Shown: positions 49,629 to 59,645 of the stretch, in pieces
How positions within the stretch are numbered: the first letter of the stretch is position 1
How the letters are laid out: every line of letters begins with the position of its first letter
Source: a virus
Strand: one strand, 5' to 3'
IMG/VR virus record: IMGVR_UViG_3300025154_000069
Span: 1 to 64,000 of that record
DNA length: 64,000 bases
The notes under the pieces: model-generated
Told to the model about the DNA's origin: nothing
Databases searched by the model: none
What the model saw: the letters and a program-made list of their open reading frames with translations, nothing else
Translations under genes and position numbers: made by a program

Positions 49629-50127
49629 GATTTTTACCGATGGTGCTTGTAATAATAGGAGCGTAAAACGTGGCGGTTGGGGATTTGTTGTCATATTTAA
49701 TAGCAAGAAAATATACTCAACAGGAGGGTTTGAAAAAGAGGAAACAACGAGCAATCGTATGGAACTCACTTCTGTATTACAAGCACTTCTTTATCTTATA
49801 GAGATAGAGGTAAAAAAGTCGGAGGAAATTCTAATCATATCCGACAGCATGTACGTTGTAAACAGCTTGAATAATGACTACTCCCTACTTAAATCTTGGT
49901 ATGCAAAAAACTTTAGGCACTACGTAAAAAATGACGAGGGTATCTCGGTAGTGCAGGATATTAAGAACAAGGATTTGTGGTCAGAAATATACGCCTGCTT
50001 AAAGAACATCGGAGAGGTTAAATTTAAGTGGGTAAAGGGGCACTCAGGAAATGAATATAATGAGTTGGCCGACAGGATTGCAGTACGAATGAGAAAATTT
50101 GCAGAAAATGTTATCGAGGAAGTATAA
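49594..50127 (+). CDS. rnhA: Ribonuclease HI
   Basis: FTDGAC, TSNRMEL, SDS.YV, NKDLW, WVKGHSG...NE.AD. Confidence 0.92.
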   Translation: MPMQKEKHQTFRIFTDGACNNRSVKRGGWGFVVIFNSKKIYSTGGFEKEETTSNRMELTSVLQALLYLIEIEVKKSEEILIISDSMYVVNSLNNDYSLLKSWYAKNFRHYVKNDEGISVVQDIKNKDLWSEIYACLKNIGEVKFKWVKGHSGNEYNELADRIAVRMRKFAENVIEEV

Positions 50128-52105
50128 ATACAAGGTTATAGATAGCTTAAAAGGTCTTAAAGACTTTATATCCGAATTTAAGCATCAAGAATTTGCGTGG
50201 GATACGGAGACCACATCACTTAGGTATCATCCATTGCAGATAACCGCAATGAGCATATACACCACGGAATCAGAATTTTCTTATGTGTTCCTATTTAACT
50301 TTACAGCCACTTATCAGGTAAAGGTTAAGGACACTATCACAAAGAAGATGGTTCCTTTGATTGTTCAATACGAAAAGAACACAGCTATCGACATTCTTGA
50401 AGCAGCACCGTTGCTCCGTAAATTTTTTGAGGGCAAGGAACTTGTTACAGCTAATGGTAAGTTTGACTATAAGGTTGCAAGAAAGTACGGTTTTGCTACA
50501 TTCACCATAAAGGATGATGTCAATATGATGAGCTTCTACATTGACAGTAATGCAAAAAAGGGGCTAAAGATAAATGCAAAGCAGTACCTTGGTTTGGATA
50601 TGATCTCCTATGCCGAGGTAACGAAACAAAAGAATGATAACATAAATTGGGATGAGGTGGATTGGGATAAGTTTTGCTCTTATTCCGGATTGGATGCATT
50701 CGCTACCTACCATTTAAGGAATAAGCTGTTACCGATACTTAAAAATGTGGGAAGAACGGGGAGCTCAAAGTTTGCTGATCGAGATGCATATAAAAACTAC
50801 CTTGAAATAGGGTTGCCTACTGCGTTAATAGCTGCTCAAATGGAGATAGATGGTATTCACATTGATGTTGACTACCTAAAGAAGATGAGTGTTGTTGCCA
50901 ACAAAGAGATGGAGATAAAGAGATTTAAGGTGTATGAGTCGGCAGGATATTCATTCGATCTAAATTCACCCAAACAAATCGGGGAGGTGTTCTTTGATAA
51001 GCTCGGCATTGAGCCACCGATAATAACAGATAAGGGTAATCGGTCTACCAATGAAGAGGCTTTGAAAATACTTCACTATAGAGAGTTTGATGCAGCAGGG
51101 TACTTACTCGAATACAAGAAGTTGAGCAAGTTGGTTTCCACGTATATTGATGCCATTCCCGATATTGTTGATGGCGATGGTAGACTCAGGGGGAGTTTCA
51201 ATAATACAGGGACTTCGACTGGAAGGTGGAGTTCCTCAGAGCCAAATTTACAAAATCAGCCTAACAATAAAAAGTTTAAAGTCAGAAATTCTTTTACAGC
51301 CCCAAAAGGAAAGGTGTTCATAGTTGGTGACTATTCTCAGATTGAATTTAGGTTGCTTACTCATTTCTCAAAAGACCCATATTTAACGGATGCGTACAAT
51401 AGAGGTGCTGACATGCACCAATTCACGGCTGACATTATCGGTTCTGCATCTGGCGTACACCTATCAAGAAACCAAGGTAAGACATTGAACTTTGCTATTG
51501 CCTATCTAATGCAGTATAAGAGCTTGATGGAAAACTTAAACGGGGGATTGAGAGATATGGTTATTTCCGGTGAGCTTACGAAGGAGCAATACTCTAAAAT
51601 GAGAGTTACACCGAATCAATCAAAGAGCATAATAAACTCGTTCTTTAATACGTTCACAGGATTCGATAACCTTGTTAACAATATTACAAGATATGCCGAG
51701 ATAACGGGTTTTGTTTCTACGATCGACAACTTTTGCAGACCGATACCAGAACTGCAAAGTAAAAAGTTCTACTCTTCCGGGAAAAGAAAAGCACTAAACA
51801 CTCTTATACAGGGAAGTGCTGCCGACATTATAAAACGGCTTATGATGAGAGCTTTTGTGTACATGCATGAGAACAGTGATTTGAAAATGCTTTTACAGGT
51901 ACATGATGAGCTTGTGTGGGAGTCGGATATTGATAAGGCCGAGAAGCACATGGGTAAACTTAAATACCTTGCCGAAAATGTATTTCCTGAGTGTAGGGTT
52001 CCTATTTTATTTGATATAGGAATTTATAAAACTTGGGGGGATGCTAAGGCAGGTAATAAATTGAAACTATTTAATGTTGAAGAATACATAACAGAAATAC
52101 AATGA
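50108..52105 (+). CDS. polA: Family A DNA polymerase with 3'-5' exonuclease
   Basis: DTETT, TGRWSSSEPNLQN, DYSQIE, KTLNF, NT.IQGSAAD, VHDE. Confidence 0.95.
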   Translation: MLSRKYKYKVIDSLKGLKDFISEFKHQEFAWDTETTSLRYHPLQITAMSIYTTESEFSYVFLFNFTATYQVKVKDTITKKMVPLIVQYEKNTAIDILEAAPLLRKFFEGKELVTANGKFDYKVARKYGFATFTIKDDVNMMSFYIDSNAKKGLKINAKQYLGLDMISYAEVTKQKNDNINWDEVDWDKFCSYSGLDAFATYHLRNKLLPILKNVGRTGSSKFADRDAYKNYLEIGLPTALIAAQMEIDGIHIDVDYLKKMSVVANKEMEIKRFKVYESAGYSFDLNSPKQIGEVFFDKLGIEPPIITDKGNRSTNEEALKILHYREFDAAGYLLEYKKLSKLVSTYIDAIPDIVDGDGRLRGSFNNTGTSTGRWSSSEPNLQNQPNNKKFKVRNSFTAPKGKVFIVGDYSQIEFRLLTHFSKDPYLTDAYNRGADMHQFTADIIGSASGVHLSRNQGKTLNFAIAYLMQYKSLMENLNGGLRDMVISGELTKEQYSKMRVTPNQSKSIINSFFNTFTGFDNLVNNITRYAEITGFVSTIDNFCRPIPELQSKKFYSSGKRKALNTLIQGSAADIIKRLMMRAFVYMHENSDLKMLLQVHDELVWESDIDKAEKHMGKLKYLAENVFPECRVPILFDIGIYKTWGDAKAGNKLKLFNVEEYITEIQ

Positions 52106-53259
52106 AAAAGAAGAAAGAAGTTGTTGTCGAAGATCAAGCAGAAGCTAAGAAAGAAGAGAAAAGCAAGTATGATAGTATTCACTTGGCTGCAAAATTACTG
52201 AATGATAAATACAAGAAGAAGCTGTTAAAAATAGGAAGTGATATTCCGAAGCTGCAAAGAGTTCCTTTCGGGTTCCCTTCTCTCGATTGGGTAAATGGCG
52301 GTGGTATTCCTATTGGAAGGATAATTGAAAAGCTCGGAAAGGAACACTCGTTTAAAACGGTTGAGGGGTTGCATGGATTGAGACAATTCCAAAAGTATTG
52401 CTTTAATTGTAATACCCCAAATGGGTTAGATGTTGTTTGGAAGCTCGATAAAAACGGGAATCCCGAAATAGAAAAATGCGTGTGTAAGAATTGCTCTGAG
52501 CCTAAAGCCACGATACAGGTTATTGTGGACTATGAAAAGACACTTGACAAGGAATTTGTCGAGAATTTTGGTATTGATTTAAACGGGGTGTTGTGGGTGG
52601 TTCCAGAAAAACCTTCTCAGGTTTCAAACATAATTCAAACATTCGCACAAAACGCAAATATCGGGTTGATACTTGTTGATAGTGTTGGAGCTTTTAGTTC
52701 CGATGCTGAGATAGACAAGCCTTTTGAAGAGAATAATATGAACAAGGGTGCTATTACGTTGAATGAGATTATGAGAAGGATAACGGCAGCGTTAAACTTC
52801 AATTCAAACTCTACAGACAAGCCCTCCACTACGGTTTATGTGATAAATCAATCCTACTCTTCCATAGGCTTATTTGTGCATGAAATACCACAGGGGGGAA
52901 GGGGATTGAGGCATACGAAGTCTATATCCTCAAAGAACCGGGTGGTGAATGAAGTGTATGATGATGAAAAGAACCTGCTCGGGACACATGTGGAGATACA
53001 TAACCAAAAGAACAAGGCAGGGATTCCACACAGGAAGGTTGAGGTATTTTTCAACCAAGACAAAAGTAATGATGTCGGATATTGCTATCCCGATTTAAAG
53101 GATGAATATTTTATGTTTGCCTTGAAGCTCGGTGTACTTAAACAAAAGGGCGGGTGGTATGAGTTCGGGGATAAGAAATGGCAGGGGAGGGATAAGGTTG
53201 TTGCTGATATGCCAGAAGAACTTATTGAGGAGGTAAAATCTAAGCTATACTATCAATAA
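52102..53259 (+). CDS. recA: RecA/UvsX-like recombinase with Cys-rich insertion
   Basis: GGGIP.GRI, GKEHSFKT, LVDSV, INQ, GGRGL, KNK. Confidence 0.85.
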   Translation: MKKKKEVVVEDQAEAKKEEKSKYDSIHLAAKLLNDKYKKKLLKIGSDIPKLQRVPFGFPSLDWVNGGGIPIGRIIEKLGKEHSFKTVEGLHGLRQFQKYCFNCNTPNGLDVVWKLDKNGNPEIEKCVCKNCSEPKATIQVIVDYEKTLDKEFVENFGIDLNGVLWVVPEKPSQVSNIIQTFAQNANIGLILVDSVGAFSSDAEIDKPFEENNMNKGAITLNEIMRRITAALNFNSNSTDKPSTTVYVINQSYSSIGLFVHEIPQGGRGLRHTKSISSKNRVVNEVYDDEKNLLGTHVEIHNQKNKAGIPHRKVEVFFNQDKSNDVGYCYPDLKDEYFMFALKLGVLKQKGGWYEFGDKKWQGRDKVVADMPEELIEEVKSKLYYQ

Positions 53260-53270
53260 TTCAAAATAAA

Positions 53271-53576
53271 ATGTATACAAAAGAAGATATTGAAAAAGCA
53301 AAACAGTATTTGAGTGATGAGGGGTACGGAACAGGCAGTAATTTTACTTTAGACACAGTGGCTAATTTAATGGCAGAGTGGTCAGCAAAAAACACCCCTA
53401 CCGCTTCGGTCGGTGATCCGTTGACTTACTCTGAACGTGAGGTAGATTTTGCTTACCTGACAGGGGTATTTAATGTTTCTGGAATTGACGGGCTGCAAAA
53501 GGAAATAGAGAGGTTAAAAGGAATAGGTAAAAATCCACATGACATTTTTTTCTATACCAAAACCTCACGGGCGTAA
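53271..53576 (+). CDS. Hypothetical protein
   Basis: ATG ORF with A-rich context. Confidence 0.6.
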   Translation: MYTKEDIEKAKQYLSDEGYGTGSNFTLDTVANLMAEWSAKNTPTASVGDPLTYSEREVDFAYLTGVFNVSGIDGLQKEIERLKGIGKNPHDIFFYTKTSRA

Positions 53577-53618
53577 CCCGCCTGTATTTTGTAGAGTTTT
53601 TAACCAAATAATTTTTAT

Positions 53619-54122
53619 ATGAATGTAGTTGATTTGCGTGGGAAACTTCCCACATGGAACATACTAAAACCGAGTGAGCCTAAGAAGTTTTATCCTAATA
53701 GGAACCTATTAGACATTACTTCGATCGGTGTGCATCATTCCCTTACGTTTCGAGGGTCTGCTGAGGCTTTTGCAAGATACCATGTCGAGCATAATTTATG
53801 GCCGGGTATCGGATATACTTACGTTATTGAAGAAGAGGATGGAAAGATAGAGTGGTGTTGGGATTGGGCTACCAAAACAGCACATGTTGGTAACTCTAAC
53901 AGAACATCTTTGGGAATATGTTTGGTTGGTGACTTTAGAAAGGAAAAACCGAAGGATTTTATGCTTATAGCAGCAGCAGAGTTATGTTCAATGCTTATGG
54001 ATAAAATACCTTCAATTAAGGAGGTAAAAGGTCACAGTTCCTATCCCGGATATTCTTGGAAGGAGTGCCCTGCTTTTGATGTAAAGCTCATAACTGATTT
54101 AATGCCCGGCTACAATGGATAA
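53619..54122 (+). CDS. N-acetylmuramoyl-L-alanine amidase (Amidase_2) endolysin
   Basis: VHHS, IGY, AHV...N..SLGIC..G, GH......KECP. Confidence 0.9.
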   Translation: MNVVDLRGKLPTWNILKPSEPKKFYPNRNLLDITSIGVHHSLTFRGSAEAFARYHVEHNLWPGIGYTYVIEEEDGKIEWCWDWATKTAHVGNSNRTSLGICLVGDFRKEKPKDFMLIAAAELCSMLMDKIPSIKEVKGHSSYPGYSWKECPAFDVKLITDLMPGYNG

Positions 54123-54453
54123 TATCCCGGGGTGGTTGGGAGAGAAGGAATCTACACGTAAGTTTTCCGGAAAGCAAGAAAAGAGGTTGGCAAAGACCTT
54201 TAACGGGAAGCTTACGTCAAATTCCGGAGCTACTTTCGGGCAGAATGATATTGAGAGCAGGGAGTTCTCAATAGAAAGTAAAATAACGGCAAAGAAGAGC
54301 TATTCGATAAGTGTGGATGAGTTCGAGAAACTTATAAAGAGAACACCCAACGGCAAGATACCTGTTGAGGTTATTACATTTGACAAAGCTAATTTAGATT
54401 TAGCGGTTATTCGACTCGAAAATCTTCTTGAACTATTTAGAAATCAAAAATAG
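54115..54453 (+). CDS. PD-(D/E)XK Holliday junction resolvase-like nuclease
   Basis: QEKRLA...SGA.....D...IESK. Confidence 0.7.
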   Translation: MDNIPGWLGEKESTRKFSGKQEKRLAKTFNGKLTSNSGATFGQNDIESREFSIESKITAKKSYSISVDEFEKLIKRTPNGKIPVEVITFDKANLDLAVIRLENLLELFRNQK

Positions 54454-54503
54454 TTTAATTTTGTTCTTATATTTGCCTAAATAACTTTATATTTGATTAA
54501 ATT

Positions 54504-54725
54504 ATGATACAGAAAAAAGACAAGAAACCGAAGGTTTTATTGAGCTATGAAAAGATCGGGAACATATACATGATGTACATACATGTAAAAGGGAAAGAGC
54601 CAAGAGCTATTGTATCTACGATTAATAAGAATGATTTTTTAAAGAAAAGCTCAACGTATGTGGAGCAGTATCTTAAAAAGGGGAGAGAGAAAGAAAAGTT
54701 CATAAAAGGATTATTCAAACTTTAA
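54504..54725 (+). CDS. Hypothetical protein
   Basis: ORF after two TATATTTG motifs (54468, 54488). Confidence 0.55.
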   Translation: MIQKKDKKPKVLLSYEKIGNIYMMYIHVKGKEPRAIVSTINKNDFLKKSSTYVEQYLKKGREKEKFIKGLFKL

Positions 54726-54737
54726 AAATTAAGCAAT

Positions 54738-55928
54738 ATGTTGAAGTTTTATTTTGTAGGCTTACCTAACGGGCATTTAGAGTTTTTACACAACCAGACC
54801 ACCTCTCAGGTTGATGGGGGGTCGTTGATTGACCCAAAGACAGAACTTAATATTCGATCAGGAGCTTTGTATGCCTGTTCGAGTATGTTCATTGTTAAGA
54901 ACAGGGTTATAGCGGAGGACATACATGAGATAATAATTAATGGTAACTCTCTCGAATGTGATGCAGAACTGTCACCAGAGGCAGATACCATTATAGGTAT
55001 GTATCTTAAAAAGGATTTGAACTCGGGTAATCCTTCGGCTGCACCGAAGAAGAAAATAGAGCCTGTGTCTCCTTTAGATGTTTTAAAAAGCAACCCGGCC
55101 TTAGCCCCACCCGATTTCAGACAAACAGGATTTTATGTTGATAAAGATGTTTGGTATTTCCTTATCTGGTCATACATGAGAAAGAATCAGGTTCTTCTTG
55201 TGGGAGATGCGGGAACAGGAAAGACATCTTTACCAAAATTGGTTGTGGCTGCAATAAACAACAGGCAAAAGAAGTATGCACAAGCTCCCATAGACATTCA
55301 TTATTTTGACATGATGACAAGTAACCCGGAAGCAGAATTTAAGGGTGGTCTAAGGGTAGCAGATGGAAAGACATTCTTTCAATACTCTCGGTTCTCTAAA
55401 GTTATTCAGAGTCCCGGGCTTTCGGTGTTGAATGAAATAAACAGGGGAACGAAACAAACACAGAATATTTTCATGTCGGTTCTTGACGATCAAAGAACTT
55501 TATTCATAGAGAAAGGTGACGACTTTGAAAAGATACAGGTTCATGATAATCATACGTTCTTCGCTACTGCAAACATCGGGAGCAGATACACGGGAACAAC
55601 GAGTATTGACCCGGCTGTTGCAAGGAGATTCGATTATGTGGAGCTTGTATATCCACCTAAAGACGAAGAGGCCAAGGTTCTTGAATATAGGACAGGGGTA
55701 GGCTCACGTGAAGCGGTGAAGATAGTTGAGGTATTGAACAAAATAAGAGAAAATAAGAACATCTTCACAAAGGTTTCTACGGCTGACGGGTTAAAGATAG
55801 CTCAAAAGGTTCATGCAGGGTACACGTTACCACAGGCTTTCGATTTTACAATATCCTACAGGTTTGACTCCGATTTAGTGGATGGCGGGGAGAGAGGTAT
55901 TCTTAAATCAATACTCACTGCCTTATGA
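54738..55928 (+). CDS. MoxR-family AAA+ ATPase (CbbQ/NorQ/CobS-like)
   Basis: GDAGTGKT, LNEINR, ATAN.G..Y.GT..D.A..RRF. Confidence 0.9.
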   Translation: MLKFYFVGLPNGHLEFLHNQTTSQVDGGSLIDPKTELNIRSGALYACSSMFIVKNRVIAEDIHEIIINGNSLECDAELSPEADTIIGMYLKKDLNSGNPSAAPKKKIEPVSPLDVLKSNPALAPPDFRQTGFYVDKDVWYFLIWSYMRKNQVLLVGDAGTGKTSLPKLVVAAINNRQKKYAQAPIDIHYFDMMTSNPEAEFKGGLRVADGKTFFQYSRFSKVIQSPGLSVLNEINRGTKQTQNIFMSVLDDQRTLFIEKGDDFEKIQVHDNHTFFATANIGSRYTGTTSIDPAVARRFDYVELVYPPKDEEAKVLEYRTGVGSREAVKIVEVLNKIRENKNIFTKVSTADGLKIAQKVHAGYTLPQAFDFTISYRFDSDLVDGGERGILKSILTAL

Positions 55929-58027
55929 CATACAAAGAGTTTATAAAAAAGGATTGGTTAGATAGAAACTTCCTTGATTTTACGGTTAGAAACGTAAACG
56001 GATTCGATTGGCTCAGATACTATGGTACTGATGAGCACTCAAAGTTTTTGGGGAATGCTCAGGCAGTCGATATAGAAACAGCAGCTCTTGTTTTCAGTAA
56101 ACAAATGATCTCAGCTATTGCCCCAAGACCCATAAGCATAACTTTGGAGGGTGATGAGACGTACACCGATGGCCATAATACCATTGTTTTATCGAAGGAG
56201 ATCACAAAGAGTTTCCCAAGATTATCCAAGTATAATGTTATTGATGTTTATATCGGCTTATCTATTCATGAATCGGCACACATACTGTTTACAGATAATA
56301 AGCTGTGCCTTAATGCAGCTAAGAAGGTTAAAAATACCGATCTCTTTTTGCTTATTCATAATATTGTTGAGGATGAAAGGATAGAGAATTTAGTTGGTAT
56401 GAATAACCCGGGCTATTCAAGATATATAGCAAAAGCCAAGAGTTATTTTTTCAACAAGAATAATTTAGGGGTGTTTGATGCAAAGGAGGATATTTTAAAG
56501 ATTTTATCTGCCTTTACTTACATTATCCGTTACCCTTCTTCTACACCAGAAAACCTATTTACTGAGTTTGAGGTTATTCTTAATGAGATAATCTCTATAC
56601 TTACCCCGTACCCGAAAACAAATGAGGAAGCCCTTGAGGGGACTAAAAAGATTTACGACCTGCTTGTTCCTATGATTAAAGAGGTAGAAAATAAAGAGGA
56701 ACAAGAAGGGGAAAGTGATTCTGATTCCAAATGGAGTAAAGGCAAGTCTGGAAAGTCTAAAGGTGATGATGATTCGGAAGAGTCTGAGAAAAAAGATTCT
56801 GAGGAAGAAGAAAGCGGTGATAGTGGCGATGAGGAGCAAGAGGATGAACAAGAAGGTGAGGAAGAAGGTGGCGAGGGTGATGATGGTGAGGATGAAGAAA
56901 AATCTGACGGGGATGATGAAGAAGAGGGTGACGGCAGTAAGGATGATGCTAAGGAAGAGCCTAAAGAGAAAAAAGGTGCGAAGGGTAAAGAGAAGAGCTC
57001 GAAGGAAGAAAATGAGCCGAAGGAGGAAAAGGGTGATGATGGAAACAAAGACACCGAGCTAACTGAAGAGGTTAAAAAAGCGATAGCAGACATACTTGAT
57101 AAATTTGGGGTAAATGAAACGAAAGAGTTTACAGGGAGTAAACAAGAATTAGATAAGCTTAATTCAATAATTAGCTCATTAGACTTGTCACCAAAGTTAG
57201 GTACTTATGAACTATCCGCTTTCCCTACGGTTGTTAATACCCCCAAGTCTCCTTCCAGATCATATGATTATAGACAATCTGTTGCTAAGGTAGGTCAATT
57301 CTCGGCCTATTTAAGGGCTGTTTTGAGCACGTTGAATAAAGATGATGATTACTATGAGAAGGAGTTGCGTAGCGGTGACTTAGATGAGGATATGCTCCCC
57401 GATTTTCTTGCAGGTGGTTCAAACATCTATGAGGAAAGAACAACCATAAGGAATAGTGGTGGAGCCGTGATATTGATACTTGATGCATCCGGGTCGATAC
57501 AGACAAGACAGCTAAAGGGGGTTATAAGAGATATAGCCGTATTATTTCATAGAGCTTTGCACGGATTAAACAACATAGAATTTTATTGTTATCAACACAA
57601 TGCTCCCGGTTGGGGAAATGAGGTTTTAAACATGGGTATTCTATATGAGCATGGAAAAACTTTAGAGATGGATTGTGTTGCCTCTTATGATAACCCGATG
57701 GGTTCTAACAGGGATGGTCAAGCAATAATTTGGGCGGTGGATAGAGTAAAGAGTATATCAGAGCTCAACAGAAAGGTAGTATTTATGGTTAATGATGGAG
57801 AACCCTCGGCATCGGTTCCTGTAGGGTATGACACGACTACATACACAAGGAAGTGTGTGGAGCTCGTTGAGAAGCAACACAACACGATGGTGATACAGAT
57901 ACCAATATATCAAGCTATACGGAGCGAATTGATGTATAATGATTTTATTCCGTTCAAAGATTACCCAAGTCTTATAGATAAGATCGGGGAGAAAATACGT
58001 AAAATAATTAAAACTTTGCAGATATGA
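55925..58027 (+). CDS. vWA partner protein with HExxH N-domain and acidic linker (CobT/NorD-like)
   Basis: HESAH, NIVEDERIE, long D/E linker, MIDAS DASGS, NDGEP. Confidence 0.85.
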   Translation: MTYKEFIKKDWLDRNFLDFTVRNVNGFDWLRYYGTDEHSKFLGNAQAVDIETAALVFSKQMISAIAPRPISITLEGDETYTDGHNTIVLSKEITKSFPRLSKYNVIDVYIGLSIHESAHILFTDNKLCLNAAKKVKNTDLFLLIHNIVEDERIENLVGMNNPGYSRYIAKAKSYFFNKNNLGVFDAKEDILKILSAFTYIIRYPSSTPENLFTEFEVILNEIISILTPYPKTNEEALEGTKKIYDLLVPMIKEVENKEEQEGESDSDSKWSKGKSGKSKGDDDSEESEKKDSEEEESGDSGDEEQEDEQEGEEEGGEGDDGEDEEKSDGDDEEEGDGSKDDAKEEPKEKKGAKGKEKSSKEENEPKEEKGDDGNKDTELTEEVKKAIADILDKFGVNETKEFTGSKQELDKLNSIISSLDLSPKLGTYELSAFPTVVNTPKSPSRSYDYRQSVAKVGQFSAYLRAVLSTLNKDDDYYEKELRSGDLDEDMLPDFLAGGSNIYEERTTIRNSGGAVILILDASGSIQTRQLKGVIRDIAVLFHRALHGLNNIEFYCYQHNAPGWGNEVLNMGILYEHGKTLEMDCVASYDNPMGSNRDGQAIIWAVDRVKSISELNRKVVFMVNDGEPSASVPVGYDTTTYTRKCVELVEKQHNTMVIQIPIYQAIRSELMYNDFIPFKDYPSLIDKIGEKIRKIIKTLQI

Positions 58028-58659
58028 AAAATTTTTGGAGAACGATTATCTTTATCTCATTAGGTGTTCACTTAGCCCTTTCTAACGCCAAGGTACTTTA
58101 TAACCTTGACACAGGGATAAAGAACTTCACCGACATTCAAAACATAAATGTGTTCTTATCCATATTCTTTGCTATAAGTTATGCAATAAGCACATTATAC
58201 CTAATAAATAAATCGGACAGGATTTGGCTGATAATTGTTTTTGCTGCACTCGATGGTATTCTTGTAGCACTTTGGTATATTAACATAATAGAGGGAGTAA
58301 CTTTTACTATTGTCGGAGGCTCGTTTTATGCGGTTTACACGTTTTTGATACTGATAGGAATCGGGGTGTTAAATGATAAAAATTCAGTAAGGAGTGAGTT
58401 ACACTTAGTAATGGATAGTAACAAAGAGTTAATAAAAGTTAATGAATCATTAGCTAAAAAGAACGAGGAATTGATTGATATTGCTAAGGGTATGGCATCC
58501 GGGTATGTATTTTATATCAAATGGCGGTTTAACAAATCTATCAATGATGAGAATATAAAAATGGCCGAAGAATTGTTTGAGTCGGTTGATAAAAATTTTA
58601 ACTTTACAGAATACACGACTGAGAATTTTAATCAAATTAAAAGTTTATTACATGGGTAG
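58024..58659 (+). CDS. Membrane protein (4 TM plus coiled coil)
   Basis: Hydrophobic segments followed by a heptad region. Confidence 0.65.
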   Translation: MKNFWRTIIFISLGVHLALSNAKVLYNLDTGIKNFTDIQNINVFLSIFFAISYAISTLYLINKSDRIWLIIVFAALDGILVALWYINIIEGVTFTIVGGSFYAVYTFLILIGIGVLNDKNSVRSELHLVMDSNKELIKVNESLAKKNEELIDIAKGMASGYVFYIKWRFNKSINDENIKMAEELFESVDKNFNFTEYTTENFNQIKSLLHG

Positions 58660-59446
58660 TTTAGCAAATTTATTGAAACCGGAAAGACTTCATGAGGTTC
58701 CTTTGTCACTTAACACCAAAGATGTTGACAGGAGATTGGAGAATGCAGAAACAGTGATGTTGTTTAACAGGATATTATCTAATCCGAAGAGGGTATCTAA
58801 ATCTCTTCATCCGTCAGAGGTCAGCAACCCGTACCAAAAGCCCTGCAACCTCAGATTTTATTATGATCTTACGGGGGCAGAGGTTAATAAATTGTTTGTT
58901 TCTGATGCTTCGGTGAACAATCAGCTTCAAATCATATTCGACACCGGAACACTTTTACACCTATACACCCAAGCAACTTTGTATGAACAAGGTTATCTGG
59001 AGGCATTTGAGGTTCCTTGTTCGGAGCCGGGAATACTTACCGAAGGGATGGCTGACGGAGTGTTTAATCCGGGTGTGCTCGACATACCAAAAGGAAAGAA
59101 AGCGGTGTACGAGTTTAAGACTATCGGAGATAACGGTTTTAGAAATCTGAGGGGAGCACCAAAGAAGGAGCATGTTGGTCAAGCAAGTATCTATGCAGAC
59201 ATATTGGGGATAGACTTGATCTATTTTCTGTATATGAACAAGAATACTTCTGAAACCAATAGTTTTCTGGTTCCTGTCGACAAAAAATTCATTGAAAAAT
59301 ATAGAGAGCTCGCTAAGTATTTGCGAGACCTTATTAAGAGAAACACATTAAAGAAGGTTAAAACTTTTCCGGACAGAATATGCAAAACAAAAAAGGACGG
59401 GGAAGCAATTAATTGTAGATTTTCGGACATTTGTTTTAAACAATAA
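58652..59446 (+). CDS. Cas4-like PD-(D/E)XK exonuclease
   Basis: HPS...C, G..LH, ADG, EFKT, Q..IY, C..CRF..IC (1+3 Cys). Confidence 0.85.
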   Translation: MGSLANLLKPERLHEVPLSLNTKDVDRRLENAETVMLFNRILSNPKRVSKSLHPSEVSNPYQKPCNLRFYYDLTGAEVNKLFVSDASVNNQLQIIFDTGTLLHLYTQATLYEQGYLEAFEVPCSEPGILTEGMADGVFNPGVLDIPKGKKAVYEFKTIGDNGFRNLRGAPKKEHVGQASIYADILGIDLIYFLYMNKNTSETNSFLVPVDKKFIEKYRELAKYLRDLIKRNTLKKVKTFPDRICKTKKDGEAINCRFSDICFKQ

Positions 59447-59450
59447 ACCA

Positions 59451-59645
59451 ATGGAAAATGTTACCAGAGAAGAACTCGAAAGGGCGGTTAGAGCCTGTAA
59501 CTCTAACATCACGGTTGAATACCTAAAAGATAAGAGCATCGAATCTCTTTTGAGGTTGATGCATCCTGTAGAAAGGAATAAATACAAACGAAGATTAGGG
59601 TTAATAAACGAAGGAGAAGAAAAATATGAAATTGACGAAACATAA
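59451..59645 (+). CDS. Hypothetical protein
   Basis: ORF in operon. Confidence 0.6.
   Translation: MENVTREELERAVRACNSNITVEYLKDKSIESLLRLMHPVERNKYKRRLGLINEGEEKYEIDET

Noticed and set aside
54738-58027. Cobalamin biosynthesis (cobS/cobT) auxiliary metabolism
   Set aside because: No CobN or other cob genes; a generic MoxR-vWA chaperone pair is the simpler reading
58652-59446. CRISPR-Cas adaptation gene (cas4)
   Set aside because: No cas1, cas2 or array; solo Cas4-like nucleases are ordinary phage recombination genes
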